In this document: positions 7,269 to 15,759 of the stretch, in pieces
Layout: each line of letters begins with the position of its first letter
Numbering within the stretch: position 1 is the stretch's first letter
IMG/VR virus record: IMGVR_UViG_3300028805_000095
DNA: 20,000 nt
From: an uncultured virus (IMG/VR IMGVR_UViG_3300028805_000095)
Lineage: Duplodnaviria; Heunggongvirae; Uroviricota; Caudoviricetes
Direction: 5' to 3' (one strand)
Notes under the pieces: generated by a model
The model's input: only the letters and a program-made list of their open reading frames with translations
Told to the model about the DNA's origin: nothing
Database searches by the model: none
Translations under genes and position numbers: made by a program

Positions 7269-7293
7269 GGGAGAGGATAATTTATCCTCTCCC
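7269..7293 (+). terminator. Terminator-like hairpin
   Basis: GGGAGAGGATA/TATCCTCTCCC stem directly after the stop codon; weak T tract. Confidence 0.65.
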
Positions 7294-7435
7294 ATAAATT
7301 TCGCCTAAATTACGGAATTTTAACGATAAACCGATAGATTATATAGAAAATGCTAGAAATCGTCTAATTTGAATATATACTGTTCGTAACAGTACCTAAA
7401 TAGGTATCCTGACGAAGGCTATTAAAAGAAATTAT

Positions 7436-7457
7436 AATAATATATTATAAAAATGTA
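7436..7457 (+). promoter_or_regulatory. Putative phage early promoter
   Basis: AATAATATATTATAAAAATGTA, 18/22 identical to 12068-12089. Both lie at the head of + strand transcription units. Confidence 0.45.
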
Positions 7458-7496
7458 ACGTAAACAATATTATATCTAGGAAGGGAGATATATAAT

Positions 7497-7925
7497 ATGA
7501 AATGTCCTTATAGAACAAAGAAGACTGCTACTTATAATACTGAATATGATGATGATGGTAATGTAGCATACAACAATCTCGAAGAGGAGATTACTGATTT
7601 TGAAGAATGCTTAATGAGTGATTGCCCGCTTTATAAAGTTGAGGATGATTCAGAGAGCTGTATGAAATCAGAGATAGAAAAGAAAAACTTCTCTGATACT
7701 ATCGCCGGTTTGACGGGTGAAGCAGATGATCGCTATAGATCATATGTAACGGATTTGATCAATAATGAATTTATTACAGAAGTAAAGAATTCTAATCAAC
7801 CTGTAGATTATCACAAGATACTTATATGGTTATCATTATATGGTGCTAGATATGAAAACTTTAGAAAAGAATTACTCGACTATTTCTATAAGCACTATGA
7901 TGTAACTGTAAAAGAAAATAATTAA
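7497..7925 (+). CDS. Hypothetical protein (MKCPY...C...CP)
   Basis: 142-aa ORF with SD AGGGAG. Confidence 0.75.
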   Translation: MKCPYRTKKTATYNTEYDDDGNVAYNNLEEEITDFEECLMSDCPLYKVEDDSESCMKSEIEKKNFSDTIAGLTGEADDRYRSYVTDLINNEFITEVKNSNQPVDYHKILIWLSLYGARYENFRKELLDYFYKHYDVTVKENN

Positions 7926-7950
7926 AAATTAAATATTGGAGGTATTATTC

Positions 7951-8610
7951 ATGAGTAAGACAATTGAAGAATTAAGAGAACAGATTAATAGTATTACCAC
8001 TATTCTCGAAATCGCAGATATTTTATCTGTGTACCCTGTTAAAGAATCTAACTACAGAGCTAATATATCCATAGTTAGAGTAAATGGTTATGTAATCGGT
8101 TGGTCAACAGATGGCGAGATGATTTATGTGACCAGTGCTGGGGAAGAAATTCTCCATGAAACTTCAGATGAACTCATCAGTGAGAAAGCTAAGAATTTTA
8201 TCTTAGATAATATACTTAGATTAAATAACTCAGATGACTTCTATAAATATTATTTCAGAAGATATGGTTATGATACAGCAGATATAAATTCTGAAACTGT
8301 AAGAGAAGCATTAAACTTCTTTGAAAGTAATAGAGCTATTATTAATCATTTATTTATCAATGATGATTATCATTCTATTACACTCACAGGAAAGAGAGTA
8401 AGTAATCAAAATGAGTTGGAATACCGCATTGCTAACTGTGACAAGCAGGATATCTTAGATATCGTAGAGATAACTCATATTACCCCTGCTATTAATAAGA
8501 GAAACACATTTGATTATGAGAATCCTTATTATAATAGACCATTTACAAGTAGCCAAGATATCTTAGATTCTTATAACGAGTATAGAGATTCTCAGAGATA
8601 TGATGACTAG
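7951..8610 (+). CDS. Hypothetical protein (start 7951 preferred)
   Basis: SD GGAGGT precedes the in-frame ATG at 7951. Confidence 0.75.
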   Translation: MSKTIEELREQINSITTILEIADILSVYPVKESNYRANISIVRVNGYVIGWSTDGEMIYVTSAGEEILHETSDELISEKAKNFILDNILRLNNSDDFYKYYFRRYGYDTADINSETVREALNFFESNRAIINHLFINDDYHSITLTGKRVSNQNELEYRIANCDKQDILDIVEITHITPAINKRNTFDYENPYYNRPFTSSQDILDSYNEYRDSQRYDD

Positions 8611-8620
8611 GAGGTAGAAT

Positions 8621-8944
8621 ATGGCTGTTAAATACGAGTGTGACAAATGTCACAATTTATTTGATACTAAACTAACTCCTGTTGACTTAGGTCATCTTCA
8701 TTATCAGGTATGCAATGCTTGCTTACATGAATTCTCTCAATTAATGCTAAATCCTAAATTTAGTTTACATGCTAGAGTAGAATTAGTAAGAGAAGATGAT
8801 GGTACAGTAGCATTCGAAGGAGAGATATTTAGGCGAATTAGATTTCCTCAGAGTGGTGATCACTTTTATCATTATGATGTAATGCTAGATGATGGAGAGT
8901 TAATAACAGATATTCCTGAGAATGTATTAAGGATTAAAAATTAA
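8621..8944 (+). CDS. Zinc-ribbon-containing hypothetical protein
   Basis: CDKC...CNAC pair; SD AGGAGGT. Confidence 0.75.
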   Translation: MAVKYECDKCHNLFDTKLTPVDLGHLHYQVCNACLHEFSQLMLNPKFSLHARVELVREDDGTVAFEGEIFRRIRFPQSGDHFYHYDVMLDDGELITDIPENVLRIKN

Positions 8945-8961
8945 ATATGGAGGGTAACCTT

Positions 8962-9285
8962 ATGAAAAATATTAATCTTAAGGATGAGAGCACTCTTAGA
9001 AGTGCACTCATTATTTTATATAATATCAATAAGGCATTAGACACTTTAGAGTCTATAGGAATCAATATCGAAGATGGAGAAGGAAATATCGGTAGATATG
9101 TATATGGTTCTAGTACAGAAGGATATACAATTATCGAAAATTGCTTCGAGAATATTGAACCATCTGATGAGTTGGTTATAGCTGAGATTGTTGAAGACTT
9201 GTACAGTGGTATTGAGAGTAAAGAAGAAGCTATAGATAGAGTTGTAGAAGCTCTTAAGACCAAGTTCGGTTTATTGGAGGATTAA
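8962..9285 (+). CDS. Acidic hypothetical protein (start 8962 preferred)
   Basis: SD GGAGG precedes the in-frame ATG at 8962. Confidence 0.72.
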   Translation: MKNINLKDESTLRSALIILYNINKALDTLESIGINIEDGEGNIGRYVYGSSTEGYTIIENCFENIEPSDELVIAEIVEDLYSGIESKEEAIDRVVEALKTKFGLLED

Positions 9286-9286
9286 T

Positions 9287-9712
9287 ATGAGCAAAGAATT
9301 AATTATATTTTCTATGATATTCTGTCATATAATCGATGATTATTTATTACAAAATGCACTTGCTAATCTTAAACAAAAGAAATACTGGGAAGATTATGTA
9401 AAGTCTCATTATATAGGAAAAACATTACCGGATACTATGTATAAACACGATTATATAGTTGCTTTAATATGCCATGCTTTTGAATGGGCTTTTATGATTA
9501 ATCTTCCAATAGTAATTTATATGATTCATAGATTAGATGAACCTAAGTTCATAATATTCTATAGTATATCTATAATAGTTAACACAATAATCCATGCATT
9601 AATTGATAATTTAAAGGCTAATAAATTGTCTATTAATTTAGTTACAGATCAATTATTTCATTTAGCTCAGATATTTATTACTTGTGGATTATTTAATCTA
9701 TTTATAATATAG
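9287..9712 (+). CDS. DUF3307-family membrane protein
   Basis: HIIDDYLLQ...K, H, HALID..K and DQLFH motifs with hydrophobic helices. Confidence 0.8.
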   Translation: MSKELIIFSMIFCHIIDDYLLQNALANLKQKKYWEDYVKSHYIGKTLPDTMYKHDYIVALICHAFEWAFMINLPIVIYMIHRLDEPKFIIFYSISIIVNTIIHALIDNLKANKLSINLVTDQLFHLAQIFITCGLFNLFII

Positions 9713-9747
9713 AAGATATATAATATCTTCAAAAACAATTTAATATT

Positions 9748-9781
9748 ATCCAGAGAGAATTAATCTCTCTGGATTATTTTT
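9748..9781 (+). terminator. Rho-independent terminator
   Basis: ATCCAGAGAGA/TCTCTCTGGAT stem plus T tract. Confidence 0.7.
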
Positions 9782-9799
9782 ATGAAAGGAAAATGGATA

Positions 9800-10309
9800 A
9801 TGAAAACCTATGTAACTTATGGCCTTGGCAAATTCGATAAATCTAAATTGGTAGTGAATTTATCTCCAGGAATACAAGGCAAACCGGTATGTGCATTTTG
9901 GGGTTCTCCTATAGATTCAGAATATGGTTGGAAAGACTGGTGTGAAGCCAATGAATTTTATGGTAATCCTAATAAGATATTCTCTCCAGAGAATACGATC
10001 ACATGGACTTTAGAAGATGATAGTAAAATATTAGATATAGAATCTATAGATGATTTAGAGAATTATTTTCATATGGATTATATAAAGAACTATCAAAGAT
10101 GGCCAGGAGAAATAAACTATAATTTCGATTTCGTTAGAATATTGAAAGATGGATATAGTGCGATAGAATTACATGACTCAGCAATAGGACATATGTTTTT
10201 CTTATATTTAAGAAACGAAGAGAAACATCAACTGGATATGATGATGAATAGCTGGGATTGTGAATCCATAGTTGTATTAGATCCTGATAAGATTAAGATA
10301 ATAGAATAA
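9800..10309 (+). CDS. Hypothetical protein with ADP-ribosyltransferase-fold-like motif order
   Basis: YVTYG..FDKSK / KP..FWGS / LKDGYSAIEL / WDCESIVVLDPDKIK. SD AAAGGA precedes ATG 9800. The CDS is secure; the function is tentative. Confidence 0.6.
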   Translation: MKTYVTYGLGKFDKSKLVVNLSPGIQGKPVCAFWGSPIDSEYGWKDWCEANEFYGNPNKIFSPENTITWTLEDDSKILDIESIDDLENYFHMDYIKNYQRWPGEINYNFDFVRILKDGYSAIELHDSAIGHMFFLYLRNEEKHQLDMMMNSWDCESIVVLDPDKIKIIE

Positions 10310-10322
10310 TTGGAGGTATATT

Positions 10323-10499
10323 ATGAAACTTACAGAAAAAGATAAATTACTTTTGATAACAATGTATAAGATTGTTATTGCCATTATCAAGTGCACATCA
10401 TATATTATGCTAATAGATGATGATGGTTATAGCAGCAGTGACTTTTATGATCTTATGTGTAAACTTGGATTAGAAGACGATATACAGGAGATTAAATAA
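10323..10499 (+). CDS. Small hypothetical protein, 58 aa (not in ORF track)
   Basis: SD GGAGGT; MKLTEKDKLLL...QEIK; stop overlaps the next ATG (TAATG). Confidence 0.7.
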   Translation: MKLTEKDKLLLITMYKIVIAIIKCTSYIMLIDDDGYSSSDFYDLMCKLGLEDDIQEIK

Positions 10500-10711
10500 T
10501 GGGAAGCTTTGAAGATTTAATAGATTTTTTCCAATCTCAAATTTTATATGAACTGGTTATTCCAGATCCAGAGCCTAATGAATGGTTTTGGAAAGTTATT
10601 GATGTTAATCTACCATTTGATGTGGACTTATCAATTAATTACAGTGCAAAGGAATACGCATTATATGATATACATGAATATTTTAATGTACTGTTATTGA
10701 AAGGAGATTAA
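10499..10711 (+). CDS. Hypothetical protein
   Basis: SD AGGAG; translational coupling with the upstream ORF. Confidence 0.65.
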   Translation: MGSFEDLIDFFQSQILYELVIPDPEPNEWFWKVIDVNLPFDVDLSINYSAKEYALYDIHEYFNVLLLKGD

Positions 10712-10714
10712 ATA

Positions 10715-10906
10715 ATGGATATGTTGCAAGATGATACAGATAATATCAAGAATATGCTGGATGAATTACATGTCATATTTAAGAAATATAATTTTATTCC
10801 TGATGAAACTACATTATCTGATGAAGACAAGATAAAGATGTGTAATGAAGCTGTACCATTATGTGATAAATATGGTTACGAATTCAAAATGCAGTCTAAT
10901 TATTGA
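10715..10906 (+). CDS. Hypothetical protein
   Basis: SD AAAGGAG; 63 aa. Confidence 0.68.
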   Translation: MDMLQDDTDNIKNMLDELHVIFKKYNFIPDETTLSDEDKIKMCNEAVPLCDKYGYEFKMQSNY

Positions 10907-10928
10907 TTCAAAGAAAGGAGAATAAATA

Positions 10929-11333
10929 ATGAGACATAATATAGTTGAAGTTAAGTTATATCCTAATATAGGAAAACTTTATGTGAGATATGTTGGAGAT
11001 GTTGATGTAGTGCCACAATATATACCTCATGAGAACTTAGATGATCATTCTATATCTATGTATTGTGCAGAAGGTAATATAATAGACACAATACAAATTG
11101 TTCTTAATTGTTCAATAAGTCGTCTTATTAATAATATTAATCACGATACCGCAAAAATTGAGAATTTAAGAAATATATTAAAATCTTATACAACTGGTTA
11201 TCCTGGACAGGAAGAGATATTAGAGAAATGTGAGCGTCTATGTGAAGATATAAATATATCTAACTCTAAATCTTCTACTGTTAAATCAGATAATAGACGT
11301 AAGAGAGTTGATGTAACTAAATTAGTACTTTAA
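10929..11333 (+). CDS. Hypothetical protein with C-terminal NRRKRVDVTKLVL tag
   Basis: SD AAAGGAG; 134 aa. Confidence 0.75.
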   Translation: MRHNIVEVKLYPNIGKLYVRYVGDVDVVPQYIPHENLDDHSISMYCAEGNIIDTIQIVLNCSISRLINNINHDTAKIENLRNILKSYTTGYPGQEEILEKCERLCEDINISNSKSSTVKSDNRRKRVDVTKLVL

Positions 11334-11346
11334 TGGAGGTGTTACT

Positions 11347-11475
11347 ATGACATTATCTATAATACAATTAATAATTTTATGTATAGTTAATATAGCAGTA
11401 GGTATATGTATTAGTAGTACTATGTGGATATTGATGGTCAGTAATATATTCGAAAATAAAATAAGTGATTCATAA
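11347..11475 (+). CDS. Small single-pass membrane peptide, 42 aa (not in ORF track)
   Basis: SD GGAGGT; MTLSIIQLIILCIVNIAVGICISSTMWILMV... Confidence 0.65.
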   Translation: MTLSIIQLIILCIVNIAVGICISSTMWILMVSNIFENKISDS

Positions 11476-11486
11476 GGAGAATAACA

Positions 11487-11627
11487 ATGAACAAAATTAA
11501 GTGGTTATTCACTTCAAAGGTTAAGAGATTAGAGCATACTATGAAAGTTATGTATGAGAACAAACAAGCATTGCACTTCGCAGGGTTTAGATTTGATTTT
11601 AATTCTATGACGATTGAGAAAGATTAA
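11487..11627 (+). CDS. Small hypothetical protein, 46 aa (not in ORF track)
   Basis: SD AAGGAG; MNKIKWLFTSK...IEKD. Confidence 0.62.
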   Translation: MNKIKWLFTSKVKRLEHTMKVMYENKQALHFAGFRFDFNSMTIEKD

Positions 11628-11639
11628 GGTAGAATAACA

Positions 11640-11771
11640 ATGGCAATACTTTTTTACGATAAGAATACACCCCTATGTGCATTTTCATCTTGGACAAAGG
11701 ATAAAACAAAGTATGTTAAGGAAACAACGGATAGGCAGTTTGTTGAAAAGAAAAGGAGAACAAAACAATGA
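11640..11771 (+). CDS. Small hypothetical protein, 43 aa (not in ORF track)
   Basis: Fills the gap between ORFs; stop overlaps the next start (ATGA); weak SD. Confidence 0.5.
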   Translation: MAILFYDKNTPLCAFSSWTKDKTKYVKETTDRQFVEKKRRTKQ

Positions 11772-12046
11772 AAACATTTGATATTTATTTCAGTGATTTA
11801 AATATAGATGCACAGAAGCGATTAATGGATGCTGTAGGCATTTCATCACCTTCTGAAGAAAACTGGGATATAGACATGTGTCCGATAGCAATATATGAGT
11901 TTGAGAGCTCAGATAAAGATTCAAAAGATACAAAGGGAAATAACCCGAAAGTTATTATTAATGTAAGTGATGCAATACCGAATATCGATGTAAGCGATAA
12001 ATTAAATAGACGTAAGAGAGTAGATGTAACTAAATTGGTTCTTTAA
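11768..12046 (+). CDS. Hypothetical protein with C-terminal NRRKRVDVTKLVL tag
   Basis: SD AAAGGAG; 92 aa. Confidence 0.75.
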   Translation: MKTFDIYFSDLNIDAQKRLMDAVGISSPSEENWDIDMCPIAIYEFESSDKDSKDTKGNNPKVIINVSDAIPNIDVSDKLNRRKRVDVTKLVL

Positions 12047-12067
12047 TTAGTAAAAGTTCAAAATTTC

Positions 12068-12089
12068 AATTATATATAATATAAGTGTA
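12068..12089 (+). promoter_or_regulatory. Putative phage early promoter
   Basis: AATTATATATAATATAAGTGTA, a near copy of 7436-7457. Confidence 0.45.
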
Positions 12090-12408
12090 TAAAGACAAAG
12101 ATTATCCTTTATACGGCGAATCATAGTTTTTATAGAATCATTTAACGTGGCGCTTCACTGGCGCAGTATATAAATAGAGTGCGGCTCTGTTAATCGACCG
12201 ATACGTGATTAACTATGGATTATAATAATAAATAGATCTTATATTATAATCTGAAGATGAATCATAGTGTACATGTATAGAGTATTCTGCTCAAAACAAA
12301 TGAATGGGCTAGACCCACAAGCCAGAATAACAGAGCTGGGTCACTGGAACCAGCAGCAGTGAGTCTCTATTGGAATAAAGTTAAGGATCTATCTTAACTT
12401 TATTTTTT
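12086..12408 (+). ncRNA. Unidentified structured RNA with its own promoter-like site and terminator
   Basis: ORF-free stretch of about 320 nt with nested long-range helices and a potential pseudoknot; details in findings. Confidence 0.55.
12374..12408 (+). terminator. Rho-independent terminator
   Basis: AATAAAGTTAAG/CTTAACTTTATT stem plus T tract. Confidence 0.7.
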
Positions 12409-12450
12409 GATAATTAATAATTAAAATATTTATATGAAAGGAGATCAATA

Positions 12451-12846
12451 ATGATAATTTATGAAGGATTCTTTATAATCTCTAAAATAGCAAGTTCATT
12501 ATCAACAGATATTGAACATAAGCATGTAACTACAGAATTTAGACCTGAAATCACTCATGAAGAGCTCTATGGTTCAAATGTTATTCTTCACGTTTCCAAA
12601 TATGGTAATGATGGAGAGAATGAAGGACTTTATGTGGATAGTATTGAAACCGACAATAACACACTCAATAACCTTTTTAATAGTATAACTGTCCCACACA
12701 TTACATTATCAGTTTCTGATACAGGAAAACCTGTCAATACATCAAGAATTAAATTTGATAAAGATTGGAATGGTGCCACTGTATTAGATGCAATATTTGG
12801 TGGATTTAGAGATAATGGAGTGGTAAGTCAAAATAAAAAGCCCTAG
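12451..12846 (+). CDS. Stand-alone 2H phosphoesterase (cyclic phosphodiesterase-like)
   Basis: Two Hx(T/S) motifs: KHVTT and PHITLS...KP. SD AAAGGAG. Confidence 0.72.
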   Translation: MIIYEGFFIISKIASSLSTDIEHKHVTTEFRPEITHEELYGSNVILHVSKYGNDGENEGLYVDSIETDNNTLNNLFNSITVPHITLSVSDTGKPVNTSRIKFDKDWNGATVLDAIFGGFRDNGVVSQNKKP

Positions 12847-12862
12847 GGAGAATCCCTAGGGC
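12840..12862. terminator. Terminator hairpin between convergent genes
   Basis: GCCCTAGGGA/TCCCTAGGGC stem; an A tract on the left gives a T tract on the minus strand. Confidence 0.75.
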
Positions 12863-12911
12863 CTTATCTTTACATAATAAAATATTTTATTTAAGGCTTA
12901 GTAATTAGAAA

Positions 12912-14666
12912 TTACTCAGTACGTAATCCACTAGGATTAAGAACCTTAATCCTACTCTGGCACGACATGTATTCCATAACAAGGAATCTATCGAAGGCCT
13001 GTACAGCGGGAAGTGCCGGATTAGCTATATTTCTAATCTCGTTACTTACATAGAGCTGATAATCATAAATTCTGTAAACAATACGATCGTTGTTATGAGG
13101 ATTAATGAGAACCATAAGCTCGTTTGTGTTACGTAACTTATCTGAACCAACGAAGTTGTAAACTCTCTTATCGGAAAGGTTGCAAATTGTCTGTGTGTAA
13201 TCCAAAGTAACAGGTCCGATTGTTGCAGGAGCTGTGTAAGCGTAATCCTTGGGAGTAATCTTACGAACGATACGAGGATCGCCGAATACAGTGATTGTCA
13301 TGTTAGGATCGTTGAATACCTGGAGCATTTTTGTTACAAGATCATCCAAGAAATCCATGAACATTTTCTGTCTGTATTCTACAGCTGTAAGAGCGTACTC
13401 TGCAGGAGGAGCGAAGTCGAACTCATCATAGAGGCCTCTTCTCTCGTCGAGTCTTGAGTAGGATTCATCAAGGAAGTCCTTAATGTCTCTATCTCTCTTC
13501 TCAGAAAGTACGTCCTTATAGATGGACATAATCTTTGTAAGCTGGTTTACATTGTAAAGAGCAGCGATATCCTTAACTTCCTCAGGTGAGATAGTTGTGT
13601 TCAAACCGCTGCAAGTTGGAATCTCTACTAAATCAGTATCGATTCTCCATGTAGCGCTAACCTGCTCGAATGCTCTAGAAGAAGCATCAAGTTTTGCTGC
13701 AAGTCTAACCTTAGCAATCTTACCAGCTAAATCAGCGATGTTGAATCTGTTCTTATTCATAGAACCTGTAATAATAGGTCTAATTGTAGTAACAGCACCA
13801 CCGTTTGTACCATCCTTGTAAGTAATTGAAAGAGGTGTAGTTACGGCTCTCTCGAAATGGTTAGGTCCACCATAGTTAGGTGTAAATCTGATGTCTGTCT
13901 TGAACCATACAGTAGCATCTGTGATTGTCTCTGTAGCAACTTCACCGTTCTTGTTGATGTATCCATTCTCATCAGGAAGGATATCTCCAACATCGATCTG
14001 AACACCTTCAACCTGTACAGCGTAAATACGTGTAGAGATGTCAAGGTTATCAAGTGAGTTACCGCCAAAGTAATCTACGATGATGTCTTTCTCTTCAGTT
14101 ACAGGAAGTTCAAGTTCGATAATCTTCTCAGGATTTGTCTCACGGATAGCATCTGTGATCTTATTCTGCTCTAAGAACATATCGATCTCTGTACCATCGG
14201 GTTTAACTAAGATACGTCTCTCAAGAGAGATAGGGAACTTAGGGCTAACTGCTGTAACCTTCTGGATACCACCTTTATCGAAAACGTTGTTCATAAGGAT
14301 AAGCTTATGAATAGGAAGTGCAAGACCAATCATAGGTGAGTAATCTGCAGGAGCAGAATGCTCGTACATAGCCTTGACGTCGTTTTCAAACTGCTGATCA
14401 GCCATTTCCATGATATCATCGATATCAGCTGAATCAAGTGTTGTATTGTTAGGGTCATAAGAATTCTCTACGAAGAATTTCTTCATAGCTTCCTTAGATG
14501 AACCTCTACGGAGAACCTTCTGAGGCTCTTCGAAAATGTCATATCCGCTCTCTTTAAGAACGAGATCAGCTGCTTCGCTAAAAGCCTTAGCATAAGCATG
14601 TAAAGGGTCTTTTCTATAAGAATTACCCATTACACTATTATTATTGGAAATTCCCATAATAGGCAT
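12912..14666 (-). CDS. Probable major capsid protein precursor (AR9-like jumbo phage)
   Basis: 584 aa; strong SD AAGGAGG; own promoter-like site and terminator; codon usage shifted to TTC/AAC/TAC/ATC/CGT as in highly expressed genes; acidic N-terminal region resembling a propeptide. Family identity is from recollection, not a search. Confidence 0.6.
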   Translation of the reverse strand: MPIMGISNNNSVMGNSYRKDPLHAYAKAFSEAADLVLKESGYDIFEEPQKVLRRGSSKEAMKKFFVENSYDPNNTTLDSADIDDIMEMADQQFENDVKAMYEHSAPADYSPMIGLALPIHKLILMNNVFDKGGIQKVTAVSPKFPISLERRILVKPDGTEIDMFLEQNKITDAIRETNPEKIIELELPVTEEKDIIVDYFGGNSLDNLDISTRIYAVQVEGVQIDVGDILPDENGYINKNGEVATETITDATVWFKTDIRFTPNYGGPNHFERAVTTPLSITYKDGTNGGAVTTIRPIITGSMNKNRFNIADLAGKIAKVRLAAKLDASSRAFEQVSATWRIDTDLVEIPTCSGLNTTISPEEVKDIAALYNVNQLTKIMSIYKDVLSEKRDRDIKDFLDESYSRLDERRGLYDEFDFAPPAEYALTAVEYRQKMFMDFLDDLVTKMLQVFNDPNMTITVFGDPRIVRKITPKDYAYTAPATIGPVTLDYTQTICNLSDKRVYNFVGSDKLRNTNELMVLINPHNNDRIVYRIYDYQLYVSNEIRNIANPALPAVQAFDRFLVMEYMSCQSRIKVLNPSGLRTE

Positions 14667-14766
14667 AATGTATTTCCTCCTTAAAATATTAAAGTTTTTT
14701 ATGATTGTAATAATACAATATAGAAAATTGGGACATTAACGTATACCTTTAAATATACATTAATTT

Positions 14767-14778
14767 TACTTAAATGTT
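14767..14778 (-). promoter_or_regulatory. Putative late promoter AACA-N6-TA
   Basis: AACA-TTTAAG-TA upstream of the capsid gene matches the AR9 non-virion RNAP promoter consensus. Confidence 0.5.
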
Positions 14779-14825
14779 ATATATTTATACCCTTAATTTA
14801 TTAGTAAAATACCATAAAAACACAA

Positions 14826-14864
14826 TAAATAAGTCTCAGAGTATAATACTCTGAGACTTATTTA
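14826..14864 (-). terminator. Terminator hairpin
   Basis: Long perfect inverted repeat TAAATAAGTCTCAGAGTA/TACTCTGAGACTTATTTA just after the 14875 stop codon. Confidence 0.75.
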
Positions 14865-14874
14865 ATTTAGATAA

Positions 14875-15594
14875 TTATTCTTCTTTATTATTTTTATTAA
14901 TATTCTTTGTTACATTTTTTATAGCATTAAATACTGCCAGATATCTATTAAATATCAAATCATTCTCTACATAAGATTTTAAATCATATAAATTGAGAAT
15001 ATAAAATGATATCATTCCTTTAATATCTAATAACAGACTAGAGATTTTCTTTATATGAGTAATATCTTCTTCACACTCTAATGAAATTTCATTAAATCTA
15101 TCTATAAGAGATACACAATTATTATATAAATCTACAAAATTATTTTTGAGTTCTCTAATCTTAATCTGTTGTTCTGCTAATGTGAGACTATCAAATAATT
15201 CTCTATCTTTAGCCTTTAATGCATCAGACTTCTGAGTATTTTCTTCATCACTATTAGAAGAATACATATCATCTTCAGACGGTTCTTTATTCTCATCATT
15301 ATTGTCATCATCATTTATGGTGAAATCATCGTTACCGTCTTCTTCATCTTGATTATCATCATTATTGTCATCATTCTGATTTTCGTCTTCTTGATTATCT
15401 TCTTGCTGATTATCATCGTTATTCTCTTCTTCTTGATTATTATCTTCTGTCTGATTATCATTAGCAGAATTATCTTCAGTATTATTATCTGCAGAGGTAC
15501 TATCATTAGTCTCTGCAGCATCAGCTGTATTATCAGCAGCAGTCTGATTATCATCATCTGCTTCAAATAAAAATAATCTTCTTTCAGAAATCAT
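14875..15594 (-). CDS. Acidic low-complexity protein (possible head/internal or scaffold-type protein)
   Basis: D/E/N-rich N-terminal ~120 aa plus a helical C-terminal domain; adjacent to the capsid gene; SD GAGGT. Confidence 0.7.
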   Translation of the reverse strand: MISERRLFLFEADDDNQTAADNTADAAETNDSTSADNNTEDNSANDNQTEDNNQEEENNDDNQQEDNQEDENQNDDNNDDNQDEEDGNDDFTINDDDNNDENKEPSEDDMYSSNSDEENTQKSDALKAKDRELFDSLTLAEQQIKIRELKNNFVDLYNNCVSLIDRFNEISLECEEDITHIKKISSLLLDIKGMISFYILNLYDLKSYVENDLIFNRYLAVFNAIKNVTKNINKNNKEE

Positions 15595-15617
15595 GTTTAT
15601 AATACCTCTGGTAAATA

Positions 15618-15758
15618 TTATTCTTCTACACCTACGATTTCGATGTACTCTTCTTCTGTAATTCCATTAGGATGTCCAACTACATTATGAACTCGTTCTT
15701 TAGTCCATCTTCCAGTATCATAATAGAATTTAATCTTTTCAAAATTCTCGCTATGCAT
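15618..15758 (-). CDS. XkdX-family small phage protein, 46 aa (not in ORF track)
   Basis: MHSENFEKIKFYYDTGRWTKERVHNVVGHPNGITEEEYIEIVGVEE matches the XkdX pattern (K.YY..G.W......V....IT.EEY..I.G). SD GGAGGA. Confidence 0.8.
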   Translation of the reverse strand: MHSENFEKIKFYYDTGRWTKERVHNVVGHPNGITEEEYIEIVGVEE

Positions 15759-15759
15759 A

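Noticed and set aside
8934..9263. 109-aa minus-strand ORF
   Set aside because: Antisense shadow of a gene with a good SD in a + strand operon.
12251..12270. Hammerhead ribozyme (CTGAAGA core)
   Set aside because: No stem II followed by GAAA and no matching stem III/cleavage triplet.
13249..14310. Five short ORFs overlapping the capsid gene
   Set aside because: Antisense or alternate-frame by-products of a strongly codon-biased gene.
15300..15570. Tandem repeat array or Ile/Met-rich ORFs
   Set aside because: Arises from GAT/AAT/GAA codons of the acidic low-complexity protein; no fixed repeat-spacer period, so not CRISPR.
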